Origin: Patescibacteria group bacterium | Lineage (GTDB): Bacteria > Patescibacteriota > Patescibacteriia > UBA2591 > JAQUPP01 | NCBI GenBank assembly: GCA_041649955.1 | Contig: JBAZMD010000001.1 | Span: forward strand, 68,079-132,078 | Direction of reading: 5' to 3' | Length of the DNA: 64,000 nt | Program-made: the position numbers and the translations under genes | Shown: positions 30,882 to 40,669 of the stretch, piece after piece | How positions within the stretch are numbered: the first letter of the stretch is position 1 | Layout: every line of letters begins with the position of its first letter | The notes under the pieces: generated by a model | What the model was told of the DNA's origin: nothing | Database searches by the model: none | The model's input: the letters and a program-made list of their open reading frames with translations, nothing else

Positions 30882-33800
30882 TTATTTCGCGGCTAAGAAT
30901 TTCGGCGTGACTAAATTCTCGGCAAAATCTGAAATTGTTCCGCCGTCAGAATAAGTTTCAGCCTTAGAAATAGTCATTACCGGCACTTTGCTGTAACCAT
31001 TGTTGGTTAAAGCTTTGGCGGATAATTTATATTTCTTGCCGTTCTGAATCAGATAAATCTGAGAAGTTCCCGTGTATTTAACCAATGTTCCATTAGGATG
31101 TTTAGTCGTGGAATCAATCGTATCGCCTAAAGGATAATTGAATTTGGATAATAAATCATCAGGCACCCAAGTCACCAATTTCCATTTCGGATCATTGAAA
31201 AGTTTCTGATAAATCGCTGAAGATTTAACCGGTCTCAATTTGCCGTCAGAAACCATGAATACTGCCGAAGCGCTTAAACCGTGAAGCGATGTAGTCTTGC
31301 CTCTGAATAATGAACCGTCGCGGAATGTCATTGCTACGCCTTCAGAATATTTCGCAAATTCTTCAGAAGTAACCTTCTTGACTGTTGAGAAATTGGATGG
31401 ATAACCCCAAGAGAGATAAACATTAAGATGCGGGAAAACGTGCGCCTTGCCGTCCAAAATCATATAAACCGCGCCTGGTTGAGCAGTACAAGTCGGACAA
31501 ATAACCAAATCTCTATTTTTGAGATTATAAGTTATAACTTCTGCTGTTTCTTCTGATTCAGAAATAATTATTGCTGAAATTATTGAAGAGAGATTAAAAG
31601 TCTTATCTCTGAAACGGATATAAACCACTTTTTCTCCCTTACCAACTGGTAGTAACCAAGAACGAGTAGCTTGATACGGTTCCCAATTAATACCGACAAA
31701 ATCAATCGTATTACTAATCATCATTTCCGCGGCATCAGTAGCAGTAATGTTTAAAGTAACATTTCTGGAAGTAGTTTTCGCGGCACCACTATTTATCTTT
31801 AAGGATAAATCTTTTGGACCAAGATTACCTGCATTGCCACCACCTCCTGAACTGCCACTCATTGGGGTCGAATCTCCGCCAGCAGTAACAAACTTTCCTC
31901 CGGTAATACCGCCAGGTGTAAAATGGTTTGTGGTAACAATTATAACATTATTAGTTGCATCGCGAACCACTGATTTATAATTTTCCCAAGTGTTTGTGGT
32001 GTCATCAAAATATTTTGGCGTAATATCAGCTTCAGTATATCCATAATCTGTAATTAAATCCGGATCATAAGGGAATGTAATCTTTACGTCATTATCAAAT
32101 TGAGTGATTTCTTGACCAGTAGAGTCCTTAGCCGTGAAATCATAGTTAACGCCAAGCGGTTTATCTTTAGCATCCGGTTTCACTGATACCGTAGTTTGAT
32201 TTTCATCACCAACAGTCGGCGTAATAGTTACGGTAACTGTGCCACTGCTGGCTAAAGCTCCGGCTGGAATTTCAAGCGTCAGACCATTTGTAAGTTCAAT
32301 AGTTTTACTGTCTGAAGCGTTGAAAGTCGTAGTTTTAGCTTCAGGAACGGCAAGACCTGTGGTAACAAGAGTTAAATTCTTAGTTTGAGCGCCTGCTACG
32401 GTTATAACTTCAGTCGCAGCGCTTTCATAAAGGACTCCATCAATTTTGGCCGTGGCCTTAACATACCATGTTTCACCGGACTTAACTTTTAAAGTATAAG
32501 TTCCGTCAGAAGCCATTGTACCGGTTCCCTTATCCTCAGACCAAGCTTGTATCATTGCTTGTTTTCTAACGCTGTCTAAAGTAACCTCACCGGTGATAGT
32601 GGCATCTGATAAACTGAATTGAAGATCCTTACCTGTTACATTGGAATCGCCAACCGTCACACTGAGTAATGGCGGGTTAATCAAATCTCTCGCATCCCAA
32701 GGAGGAATACCGGCACCAATTTTGAAAGTACCACTGGTAACATTTAAAGTATAAGTGCCGTCATTTCCGGTAAAAGTACCAACACCCAAACCGCCCGGAC
32801 CCTTAAAATCATTTTTGGTCGTTTCATCACCAAAGTCAGCATAGACCCAAACTCCACTCATACCAACATCATCCGGATCCGTGATTGTACCGCTGATTGT
32901 TTTATCAAGTTTTTTAAGTTGGAAATTACGAGTAGTTGTACTATCGGCAATAACGGTTGATTTTACGTCTTCGGCTACTATTTTGTATTTATCATTATCA
33001 TCTCCAAAATTCATCATCGGATCAATAAAAGCGTCAACGTACCAACTGCCTGCTGAAACTTTTAATGAATATTTATCATTAACACTGCTTGGAGCAAATT
33101 CTGTTTGCGACCAGCCGCCATTTTCTTTATCACCATTGATAAAAGCGCGAACTCCTGTCACAACCGTATCTGTTCCTGCAGTATAAGAACTATCGCTATT
33201 AGTATCAAGATAAAATTTACCTTCAATCGTAGCATTATTCGGTGCCACCACTAAATCAATTTCTTTACATCCGGTTGTTTCGTCAGTACAAGTATCGCTT
33301 TCACCAACAGTAACAGTTTTAGTTACGGTTAAAGTATATTTAGAACCCGGAGGCGTATTTAAACCTAATTCATAACTGCCGAGCGGAACTTTAATTTCAG
33401 TATAACCATTAGCTAATCCTCCGCCGGCAAAACCACCTTTATCCATACCTGCTCCCATTGCTCCGCCGCCACCGCTGCCGCCACCTACAGCTGTTCCACC
33501 ACTACCTGCATCGCCGCTTCCACCTGCCATCATTTTCGGATCACCGAAATCAATAAAATCATTTACTGTCGGATCCGTATCTTTAACCCAAACTCCACCC
33601 CAAATATCGGAAACACGATTACCGTCAGCATCCACTACATTTACTTTAAGCAGACCATCGGCTACCTTTAATAAAAAGTCATTATTATCAGAAGTTTGAT
33701 TGGCGGTTATTGTTACTTGTTGCGGACCACCTTGATAAATATATTGAGTTGACATTGGCATAATCATTACGCCCCAATTTCCTTCACTGACAGTTAAATC

Positions 33801-36800
33801 AAATCTGCCGGTATTAGAATCTGTTTGTGTATTAGCCCAGCCCGGTCCATTCATTTGCCAAGCATTAACCATCACACTGCCAATTGCATTACCGGCCGAA
33901 TCTGTAACCGTTCCTTTAATATGAGCATTCTTTGCTGTTAAAATAAGTGTGCCTGCGTCAGTTGTTTGTTCAGAAATAGCTTTGATTTTAACCGGAGTGG
34001 AACCGCCATAACTCTGACCTTGTTCGCCCCAGTTTGGATTAGCCACCAAATCATAAGTACCAGCTGGAACTTTAAAAGTAAAACGTCCATCAGAATCAGT
34101 ATTGGCACCATTGCCACCACCCATCATACCGCCGCTATTGGCCATTACCCAAGAATTGGCAATTGCCGTAGCACCGGTTGGATCTTTAACTAAACCTGTA
34201 ATAATAGCATTGGCCACTTGAACTTCAAAATCCAAACCAGCATCAAGTATAGTAGCGCCTCCCGGACAATTTCCCACTGTACCGCGGCATTCCGTGCTGC
34301 CATCTTCGGTAAAAGTAGTTCTCTTTGGAGATTCATTATAAACCCAATCAGGTTGACCCATGCTCCAATCAGGATTTACACTTAACCACCAGCCGCCGCC
34401 GGCAAGTTTTAAAGTATATTCACCACTTGAATTTGTTAATGTTTCAAAATGTCCACCTCCCATATCGCGATTAGCTTGAACGCGGGCATTAGCGACTAAT
34501 GCACCGCTGCCCTTTTTAGTCACTGTACCGGTTAAAGTTTTTGTTGGGACAGTTAAGGTAATTAAATTATTTGCCTGAGCCACATTGGCCACTTTAACTG
34601 TGCCTACGTCATCAGCAACATCAACGGTTAATCCGCTTGGTTGAATCCAAGCTTTTTCACCGCCCCAAGGCAAATTGATTTCCATGGATAATCCGGTGGC
34701 ATTGGTTAAACCGCCGATTCGGAAATAACCTTGATCATCAGTTGAAGCACCACCCTGATTTTGCCACATTTGATCATGAATCATAATCCAAGACCATTGG
34801 ACAGGTTGATCATCCGCAGTTCCGGCAACTTCATCCGCACCCGGATTCATTACTCTTCCGGTAACTTGCGGCGTACCAAGTATGAGTTTACCGCCGGTTC
34901 CATAAGTCACACCTAAATCTAAATTAGAAGTTCCGGCAGCTACGGCAGAGGAAATTGTAATATTAGAATATTTTTTTGTTGAATAATTACGATAAACAGC
35001 TTGTTCTTCAGGCGTCCCCCAACGTGGAGCTTCAATTTCTAAAGCATAAGTTCCTGCTGTCACACCACCAAAAGAGAATTGACCGTTCTGATTAGTGTTT
35101 GTGCCATACCAACCACCCGTAGTACCGCCTTGCATTGGTCCTTCAATATGGAAATTAATCCAAGCATTAGCCACAGTTGTAGTAGTATTTGGAATAACAA
35201 CCGTACCGCTAATATTCGGAGTGCTTAAAATTATATTTTTGGTTCTGCTTGATTGAGAACTGGTAACTGTAACATTCTGAACAAGTTTTCTCCCGCAAGT
35301 AATATTTCCGCAACCATTCCAAGGATTTGCTTCCACTTCATAAGTACCAATAGTCACACCGCCAATGGCATAATTTCCATTAGCATCTGTTTGTGACCAT
35401 TGAGAACCGGACATTGAACCTTGTGATCGCATATTAATACCAACATTAGTTGCACCGATATCAGGATAACCCACCGGATCATCGCATTCAGCTTGAGTCA
35501 CAGTTGAATTGTCGTCATGTTTCGGTTTGCAAACACGACCGGTTAAACCATTAACTGTCGGGTCGCTTAACAAAACAAGTAAACTATTATTAGCAATTGT
35601 CAAAGCAGTACCCGGATCTGATACCTCGGTAATAGTAGTTCCGGCAACACTTACTACCATGCCTTGCGGCGCAGCATAAAGACTGCCGTATTGAGTATTG
35701 ACATTAAAATTCCAGCTGCCCGTAGGAACATTTAAACTAAATGTTCCATCACTTTGAGCACTGGCGCCATAACAACTACCGGCTGATTGATAAGGACAAA
35801 AATCAATCCAAATTCCGCTTTGTCCGGTTGTACCGGTTGGATCTTTAACTACACCAGTAACATTGGGTGCTGATAAAGTAAATGCGTCATCATCAACGCT
35901 ATCAAGAGTGTCAGCTTGATCTTTTAAATCATTAGAAGTAGTTGAAGTAATGGAAACTGAAAAATTACCGCTGGCACAAGCACTGCCGCTCGCCGGTTGA
36001 ATTCGAAGATTATAAGTACCAAGTGCCACGCCACCAAGAGAAAAATTACCACTATCATCAGTATTTACACCATACCAAGAACCATCTTTATCCATATTTA
36101 TCCAAGCGACGGTTGTTACACCACCGCATTTTACTTTTCCAAAAACATTTGGCAAAGCAAAAGTTTTATTTCCCAAATCAGTAATTTGTCCATCCGTAAC
36201 ATCAATGGCAAATTCAGCAGTTCTTGTTCTTGGATAACTTCTAAAGTCGCCGCTGTATGGCGGCTCAATTTCTAAAATATAATGAGTACTGTCTGTCACT
36301 CCGCCAAAATAAACTATGCCATCAGCATCGGTCTGTGCCCATTGATTGTAAGACCAATCCATAGTATGAAGACCAATATTGGCATAAGGCACTGGCAAAC
36401 CAGGCTGAGGATTACTTGCCGTAGCAGTATCACCTAAAGTACCAGGAGCCTTAATCGTTACTTTAACATTTTGAGCGGATAAATTGATATTAATGCCGGT
36501 TGCAGTTTGACCTGAAGTTAAACATTGAGAAGTTCTAACGCTTTTATATTGTAAAACTCTGTCTTGATAATCTTTGGGTCTGGCTTCAATTTCATAACAT
36601 TGGCTGCTGGTATCATTTGGAACATAAAGTTTCCATGTTCCGTTTGGACCGGTTGTTGTTCTTTGCTCATAGTCCCAAGTATAAGGACGAGCAACCACTT
36701 CTACGCCTTCCAATAATGTTGCGCCACTGGGAGATTTAACCGTACCGGAAAGAGTGGCTGTTCTAAAAGCTTGGGTGGCTAGTGTTGCCACTGAACCCAC

Positions 36801-37808
36801 CGTAGCTGTTTGACTGCTTAACTTGGAGGGCGCCACATAAGTCGCGCCGGCCGGGGTGCTGAATTGTATATTATAACTTCCGGTCGCACTTAATAATAAA
36901 GCATATTTGCCATTGGAATGAGTTTCCCCAAGCACGACATTTCCCATTTGTCCGGGCGTAAAAGATTCAACCTGGACTCTATCTATGTCACCGGCCGTAT
37001 CTGAGGTAAGACTACCTATAAATATGCCTTGCGTGCTATTCCAAATTATAAATGGTCGTGAATCTGAAACACGACGCGTATTCAAATCACTAATTATTAT
37101 ATCTACGCGGCCGTTTAATCCGGTTGGAATTGTAGCCGTAAGTTCAGTAGCTCCGGCAGTTGCAGGCGTGGATGTTACACTTCCTCCGTTAAAATTCCAA
37201 TATATTTCTGTTGCGTCAGTTGAGGTGGAATAATTAGAACCGGTAATCGTTACTGTATCGCCGACATTGCCGCACGGATAACCATTGCAAAGATCAGACT
37301 CAGTAGTATTGGTTATATAATTGATAATCGGATCAATAGAAGCGCTAACAGTATTGTTGGCAGTAAAATCTTCTATAGTTTGAGTTCCTGCTAAATTTTT
37401 AATATCTCCGGCTGTCATCTGCCAAGTTTGTCCTTCGCTTAATTTTAAATTTTTTAAACCGTAAATTCTTAAACGATAATCATTCTCGCCCGCCTGAATA
37501 CTTTGAGTTGACATATCATAAGGACTGAATCGACTTAATGTTCTGTCTGTTAATCCCGCTCCTGTTTCAAAAATAAAATTACGCAAATCTGTCGCGTAAT
37601 TGGTTGCACTTCCTGCTTCGGTTGTTGAAGATGGGGTTGTTTCTGCGGAAAATTGTCCGTTGAATGTAATTTCCGCTGAAGTTGTCGAGACCGTAATATC
37701 GGTCACGGCTATTGGTGCTAATGCACTCACTGATGTGGACAGCCCCATTGACCACAACATGGTCGTGGCTGTCACAAAAATTGAAAAAAACTTTTTTGTG
37801 TTGTTCAT
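30882..37808 (-). CDS. giant (2308 aa) secreted surface protein with many Ig-like/CarboxypepD_reg-like beta-sandwich repeats, Gly-rich segment and triple C-terminal ~50-aa module
   Basis: N-terminal signal peptide; SGTVKSPSGATLLEGVEVVA-type repeats; C-terminal GxLxKxxxSxxVYxIxNGxK modules shared with 8760-10340. Confidence 0.7.
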   Translation of the reverse strand: MNNTKKFFSIFVTATTMLWSMGLSTSVSALAPIAVTDITVSTTSAEITFNGQFSAETTPSSTTEAGSATNYATDLRNFIFETGAGLTDRTLSRFSPYDMSTQSIQAGENDYRLRIYGLKNLKLSEGQTWQMTAGDIKNLAGTQTIEDFTANNTVSASIDPIINYITNTTESDLCNGYPCGNVGDTVTITGSNYSTSTDATEIYWNFNGGSVTSTPATAGATELTATIPTGLNGRVDIIISDLNTRRVSDSRPFIIWNSTQGIFIGSLTSDTAGDIDRVQVESFTPGQMGNVVLGETHSNGKYALLLSATGSYNIQFSTPAGATYVAPSKLSSQTATVGSVATLATQAFRTATLSGTVKSPSGATLLEGVEVVARPYTWDYEQRTTTGPNGTWKLYVPNDTSSQCYEIEARPKDYQDRVLQYKSVRTSQCLTSGQTATGININLSAQNVKVTIKAPGTLGDTATASNPQPGLPVPYANIGLHTMDWSYNQWAQTDADGIVYFGGVTDSTHYILEIEPPYSGDFRSYPRTRTAEFAIDVTDGQITDLGNKTFALPNVFGKVKCGGVTTVAWINMDKDGSWYGVNTDDSGNFSLGGVALGTYNLRIQPASGSACASGNFSVSITSTTSNDLKDQADTLDSVDDDAFTLSAPNVTGVVKDPTGTTGQSGIWIDFCPYQSAGSCYGASAQSDGTFSLNVPTGSWNFNVNTQYGSLYAAPQGMVVSVAGTTITEVSDPGTALTIANNSLLVLLSDPTVNGLTGRVCKPKHDDNSTVTQAECDDPVGYPDIGATNVGINMRSQGSMSGSQWSQTDANGNYAIGGVTIGTYEVEANPWNGCGNITCGRKLVQNVTVTSSQSSRTKNIILSTPNISGTVVIPNTTTTVANAWINFHIEGPMQGGTTGGWYGTNTNQNGQFSFGGVTAGTYALEIEAPRWGTPEEQAVYRNYSTKKYSNITISSAVAAGTSNLDLGVTYGTGGKLILGTPQVTGRVMNPGADEVAGTADDQPVQWSWIMIHDQMWQNQGGASTDDQGYFRIGGLTNATGLSMEINLPWGGEKAWIQPSGLTVDVADDVGTVKVANVAQANNLITLTVPTKTLTGTVTKKGSGALVANARVQANRDMGGGHFETLTNSSGEYTLKLAGGGWWLSVNPDWSMGQPDWVYNESPKRTTFTEDGSTECRGTVGNCPGGATILDAGLDFEVQVANAIITGLVKDPTGATAIANSWVMANSGGMMGGGNGANTDSDGRFTFKVPAGTYDLVANPNWGEQGQSYGGSTPVKIKAISEQTTDAGTLILTAKNAHIKGTVTDSAGNAIGSVMVNAWQMNGPGWANTQTDSNTGRFDLTVSEGNWGVMIMPMSTQYIYQGGPQQVTITANQTSDNNDFLLKVADGLLKVNVVDADGNRVSDIWGGVWVKDTDPTVNDFIDFGDPKMMAGGSGDAGSGGTAVGGGSGGGGAMGAGMDKGGFAGGGLANGYTEIKVPLGSYELGLNTPPGSKYTLTVTKTVTVGESDTCTDETTGCKEIDLVVAPNNATIEGKFYLDTNSDSSYTAGTDTVVTGVRAFINGDKENGGWSQTEFAPSSVNDKYSLKVSAGSWYVDAFIDPMMNFGDDNDKYKIVAEDVKSTVIADSTTTRNFQLKKLDKTISGTITDPDDVGMSGVWVYADFGDETTKNDFKGPGGLGVGTFTGNDGTYTLNVTSGTFKIGAGIPPWDARDLINPPLLSVTVGDSNVTGKDLQFSLSDATITGEVTLDSVRKQAMIQAWSEDKGTGTMASDGTYTLKVKSGETWYVKATAKIDGVLYESAATEVITVAGAQTKNLTLVTTGLAVPEAKTTTFNASDSKTIELTNGLTLEIPAGALASSGTVTVTITPTVGDENQTTVSVKPDAKDKPLGVNYDFTAKDSTGQEITQFDNDVKITFPYDPDLITDYGYTEADITPKYFDDTTNTWENYKSVVRDATNNVIIVTTNHFTPGGITGGKFVTAGGDSTPMSGSSGGGGNAGNLGPKDLSLKINSGAAKTTSRNVTLNITATDAAEMMISNTIDFVGINWEPYQATRSWLLPVGKGEKVVYIRFRDKTFNLSSIISAIIISESEETAEVITYNLKNRDLVICPTCTAQPGAVYMILDGKAHVFPHLNVYLSWGYPSNFSTVKKVTSEEFAKYSEGVAMTFRDGSLFRGKTTSLHGLSASAVFMVSDGKLRPVKSSAIYQKLFNDPKWKLVTWVPDDLLSKFNYPLGDTIDSTTKHPNGTLVKYTGTSQIYLIQNGKKYKLSAKALTNNGYSKVPVMTISKAETYSDGGTISDFAENLVTPKFLAAK

Positions 37809-38049
37809 AGTTTTTCTAAAAAATAAATTTAATAAAAATATATTTAAAATTTCTAATTAGTAAAAACTCCCCCTATCTAAATAATCTTATTTTAATTTAC
37901 GAGTGAGTGAAAGAAAAGCAAAATTAATTTACTTTTTCAAATGAAGAAAATATAAAATTTAATGTCTTTTTATTATAACACTTTAAAAAATGAAAGGGTG
38001 GGGATGGTTGTGGATAACTTCCAAGGTTATCAAAAATTGCGAGTTTAAA

Positions 38050-38202
38050 AAACAAAGCAATTTTTGCTATAACCTTGAGAATCCCGCTTCAAATCTCTGA
38101 ATAAAATTGGTTTAAAAACCAAAGTAAGCCGAAGGCGTTTCCGCGGGATAAATTAAATTATTTTTAAAAAACTTTTTTTGGATTTGAGGCGTGGGTTACC
38201 GT
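38050..38202 (+). repeat. intergenic repeat family A, copy 2
   Basis: Aligns with 1231-1385 and 40508-40657. Confidence 0.55.
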
Positions 38203-38224
38203 AAATTTTAGTCCCCTTTTATTA

Positions 38225-38252
38225 GTTGACACATTTTTTAAATATGCTATTA
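38225..38252 (+). promoter_or_regulatory. promoter TTGACA-16-TGcTATTAT for the Lrp-like gene
   Basis: consensus boxes 45 nt upstream of AAGGAGG RBS. Confidence 0.5.
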
Positions 38253-38299
38253 TATATAAATAATTATTTTAAAAATCAAAATAATTAAAAGGAGGAGAA

Positions 38300-38542
38300 A
38301 TGGAAAAAGTAGAGGCTCATGTCTTTTTAAAAGTAAAAACTTCGGAAGAGGCAGCGGAAAAAATATTGAAAACATTACGCTCTATTGAAGGAGTGGTTAG
38401 GGCGAATATGGTAACGGGGATTTACGATATGATTGTCAATGTTAAGAGTGAAAATCTCAAAACGCTGGGAGAACTTATTGCATGTAAAATCAGTAATATA
38501 GAAAATGTAATATCCAGTATTACCTGTATTGTTGTAAAATAG
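38300..38542 (+). CDS. stand-alone Lrp/AsnC C-terminal (RAM) ligand-binding domain protein
   Basis: 80 aa; VFLKVK...IEGVVRANMVTGIYDMIV pattern typical of RAM domain. Confidence 0.65.
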   Translation: MEKVEAHVFLKVKTSEEAAEKILKTLRSIEGVVRANMVTGIYDMIVNVKSENLKTLGELIACKISNIENVISSITCIVVK

Positions 38543-38554
38543 CCCAGACAAAAA

Positions 38555-38590
38555 AGGTCCTGCAAGAAATTGCAGGCCTTTGATTTTTAA
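38555..38590 (+). terminator. rho-independent terminator aggtcctgcaaGAAAttgcaggcct + T-run
   Basis: 10-bp stem followed by ttgattttt. Confidence 0.65.
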
Positions 38591-38611
38591 TCCTTCATCC
38601 CTCCACGCTTG

Positions 38612-38782
38612 TGGCGAAATTCGCCTGAACGATGTCGCGGAAAAACCTTAGAAAATTAAGGAGTTTTATTGAAAAACTCATCTGTTTGACGACCTATTTG
38701 GGAGGAGTTATGAATTTTTCAGAATAAAACGAATATAATTTTCAAGGATTTAGAGCGTTGAGTGAAGGTGAATTTTGCAACA
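38612..38782 (+). repeat. intergenic repeat family B, copy 2
   Basis: ~90% identity to 3100-3270. Confidence 0.6.
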
Positions 38783-38785
38783 CTT

Positions 38786-39673
38786 TTATTTTTTTCTTAA
38801 TTGATAAATGGTGTAGAATTTGGAAAAAGCGGGATGTTTAACCGGCTCTTTTATTTTTTTAACAATCGTAAAATATTTTTTAACCAGCCGGTCAAACATT
38901 TTTTCCGGCAGCATAGTAACGCGATGCGGCTGATTGTAAAAATCAAAAGTCATTAAATCATATTCTTTTTGAGTGATTTCTTTGTTTTTTAATTTCTCGC
39001 CTAAAAACAGATTAAATTTGTTCATCTCGGTAGTGTATTCTTTCTTGTTGTAAAATCGCGGATCTGAATAAGCGCAGCTTTCCCAAATATAAATTTTATT
39101 ATTCAATGATTTGAAATAATTCGGCTGGCGCTTGCATTTTTCAATCACGCTTTCCGCGGTCTGCAATATCGGACTCGCGTTGGTAACGGTAATAATCAAT
39201 TCTCCTCCCGGTTTCAGAATAGTTTTCATTGCCTTAAAAAATTGTTCGTACAACTCAAGATTGACCAAATTATTGGTTACGGCATGGCCGATAATGCAAT
39301 CAAATGTTTTGGGAAGAAAATATTTTGTCGCTTCTGTCCAAAGACCGTTGGTTATTTTTTCTTTGCTTTCTATTTTTTTTAAACCGTTCATTGTTTCAAC
39401 CATATTTTGGCTGAATTCCAAAAGCGTGACCTTAAATTTCATTTTTGCCAGACAATCCCGAATGGCCGGCGTACAGCCTAAAACCAAGGCCTTATTGCCT
39501 GATTTCTTTTTAATGATTTTTAAAATTTTAGCGCAAGCGGCAATATGCTTTTTTGAAGGCACAAAAGGCGGCGGAATTTTGGCATAGGTTTGAGTATACC
39601 CTTCTTGCCACACTTTTTTATTTATTGCTTCTTTTTCCATGTTAGTTATTTTTTTAAAAAATAAATTGGGCAT
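38786..39673 (-). CDS. SAM-dependent methyltransferase (paralog group with 27197-28054, 39646-40479)
   Basis: 295 aa; ALVLGCTPAIRD...LKPGGELIIT. Confidence 0.6.
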   Translation of the reverse strand: MPNLFFKKITNMEKEAINKKVWQEGYTQTYAKIPPPFVPSKKHIAACAKILKIIKKKSGNKALVLGCTPAIRDCLAKMKFKVTLLEFSQNMVETMNGLKKIESKEKITNGLWTEATKYFLPKTFDCIIGHAVTNNLVNLELYEQFFKAMKTILKPGGELIITVTNASPILQTAESVIEKCKRQPNYFKSLNNKIYIWESCAYSDPRFYNKKEYTTEMNKFNLFLGEKLKNKEITQKEYDLMTFDFYNQPHRVTMLPEKMFDRLVKKYFTIVKKIKEPVKHPAFSKFYTIYQLRKK

Positions 39674-40479
39674 TGGTGAACAAAAGGATGATCTGTACCG
39701 TATTTAACGGCAGAAATCTTGAAATATTTTTTCATCATTTTCTCCCCTTCTTTTTCCGGCAGAGTCCACCAAGTTTTGCCCAACGGCCATTGTTGATGAA
39801 AAATCTTAATCAATTTGGCTATTTGCTTTTTTCTGGCCGCGTTCTTTTCATCTTGCCAAGATTTTTTAAGCGCTGAACTGATGCCGTCCGTACTCGTACT
39901 ACTGTCTTTTGCTTTCCAAACAACAAATAATCCGCCATAAGCAAATTCACTGATACTTTCTTGATTAAATTTTTTCTTAATCACGAGATTAATAAATTCT
40001 TGAATTGATTTTTTGGGAAAAATAGGAAAAAGATGGCGGGTAATAAAACAACCGCCCGGCTTTAAAACCTCTCTGATTTTAGCCAAAAATTTCGGCTGTA
40101 ATTTAATCGGAATATTACAAATAACAAAATCTCCCAGAACAAAATCATAATAATTTTGAGCCACGGGCATAGTCAGCCAGCCGGCCTTAATCCAAGTTTC
40201 CTTGTCTGCATTTTTTTGATATTTCACCCATTTGGTCATAGCCATTAGCATATCCAAACTAATATCAACGCAAGTCACTTCTGCTTTTTGGCGATGCACC
40301 AAGTCGCGAAATTCGGGCGTTCCGCCTAAAATCAAAATTTTAGCCGGTTTTTTATGTTGAGCAATGAATTTTTCTATAATCTGGCATTCGCTTTTTGACG
40401 GCCGGTTGGGCGGAGTATAAACTTGCCATTGATGTGCCATTTTTTGCGCGTGATAATAAGCTACTTTTGGTTCTGCCAT
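39646..40479 (-). CDS. SAM-dependent methyltransferase (paralog)
   Basis: 277 aa; ILILGGTPEFRD...LKPGGCFIT; overlaps downstream paralog by 28 nt. Confidence 0.6.
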   Translation of the reverse strand: MAEPKVAYYHAQKMAHQWQVYTPPNRPSKSECQIIEKFIAQHKKPAKILILGGTPEFRDLVHRQKAEVTCVDISLDMLMAMTKWVKYQKNADKETWIKAGWLTMPVAQNYYDFVLGDFVICNIPIKLQPKFLAKIREVLKPGGCFITRHLFPIFPKKSIQEFINLVIKKKFNQESISEFAYGGLFVVWKAKDSSTSTDGISSALKKSWQDEKNAARKKQIAKLIKIFHQQWPLGKTWWTLPEKEGEKMMKKYFKISAVKYGTDHPFVHQCPIYFLKK

Positions 40480-40507
40480 AATTGTCGATTTAGATCCGCC
40501 AACTGGC

Positions 40508-40657
40508 GGAGAAATAAATTTTCGCTACAATTTATGAGCACCCTGCTTCAAACCTCTAAACAAAATCAGTTCAAAGATAGCGTAAGCCGAAGGCGTTTCC
40601 ATGAATTAAATTAATTATTTTTTCACGAACCTTCTTCGGGTTTGGGGCGTGGGTCGC
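40508..40657 (+). repeat. intergenic repeat family A, copy 3
   Basis: Between two MTase genes; conserved gaaataaattttcgctac and ttcgggtttggggcgtgggt. Confidence 0.55.
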
Positions 40658-40669
40658 CATAAAATAATT

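Noticed and set aside
10987-37808. Numerous 60-150-aa antisense or alternate-frame ORFs inside the two giant genes (e.g. 12906-13118, 16561-16866, 31747-31980, 35997-36275)
   Set aside because: All are embedded in long uninterrupted ORFs with coherent domain content; none has promoter/RBS support.
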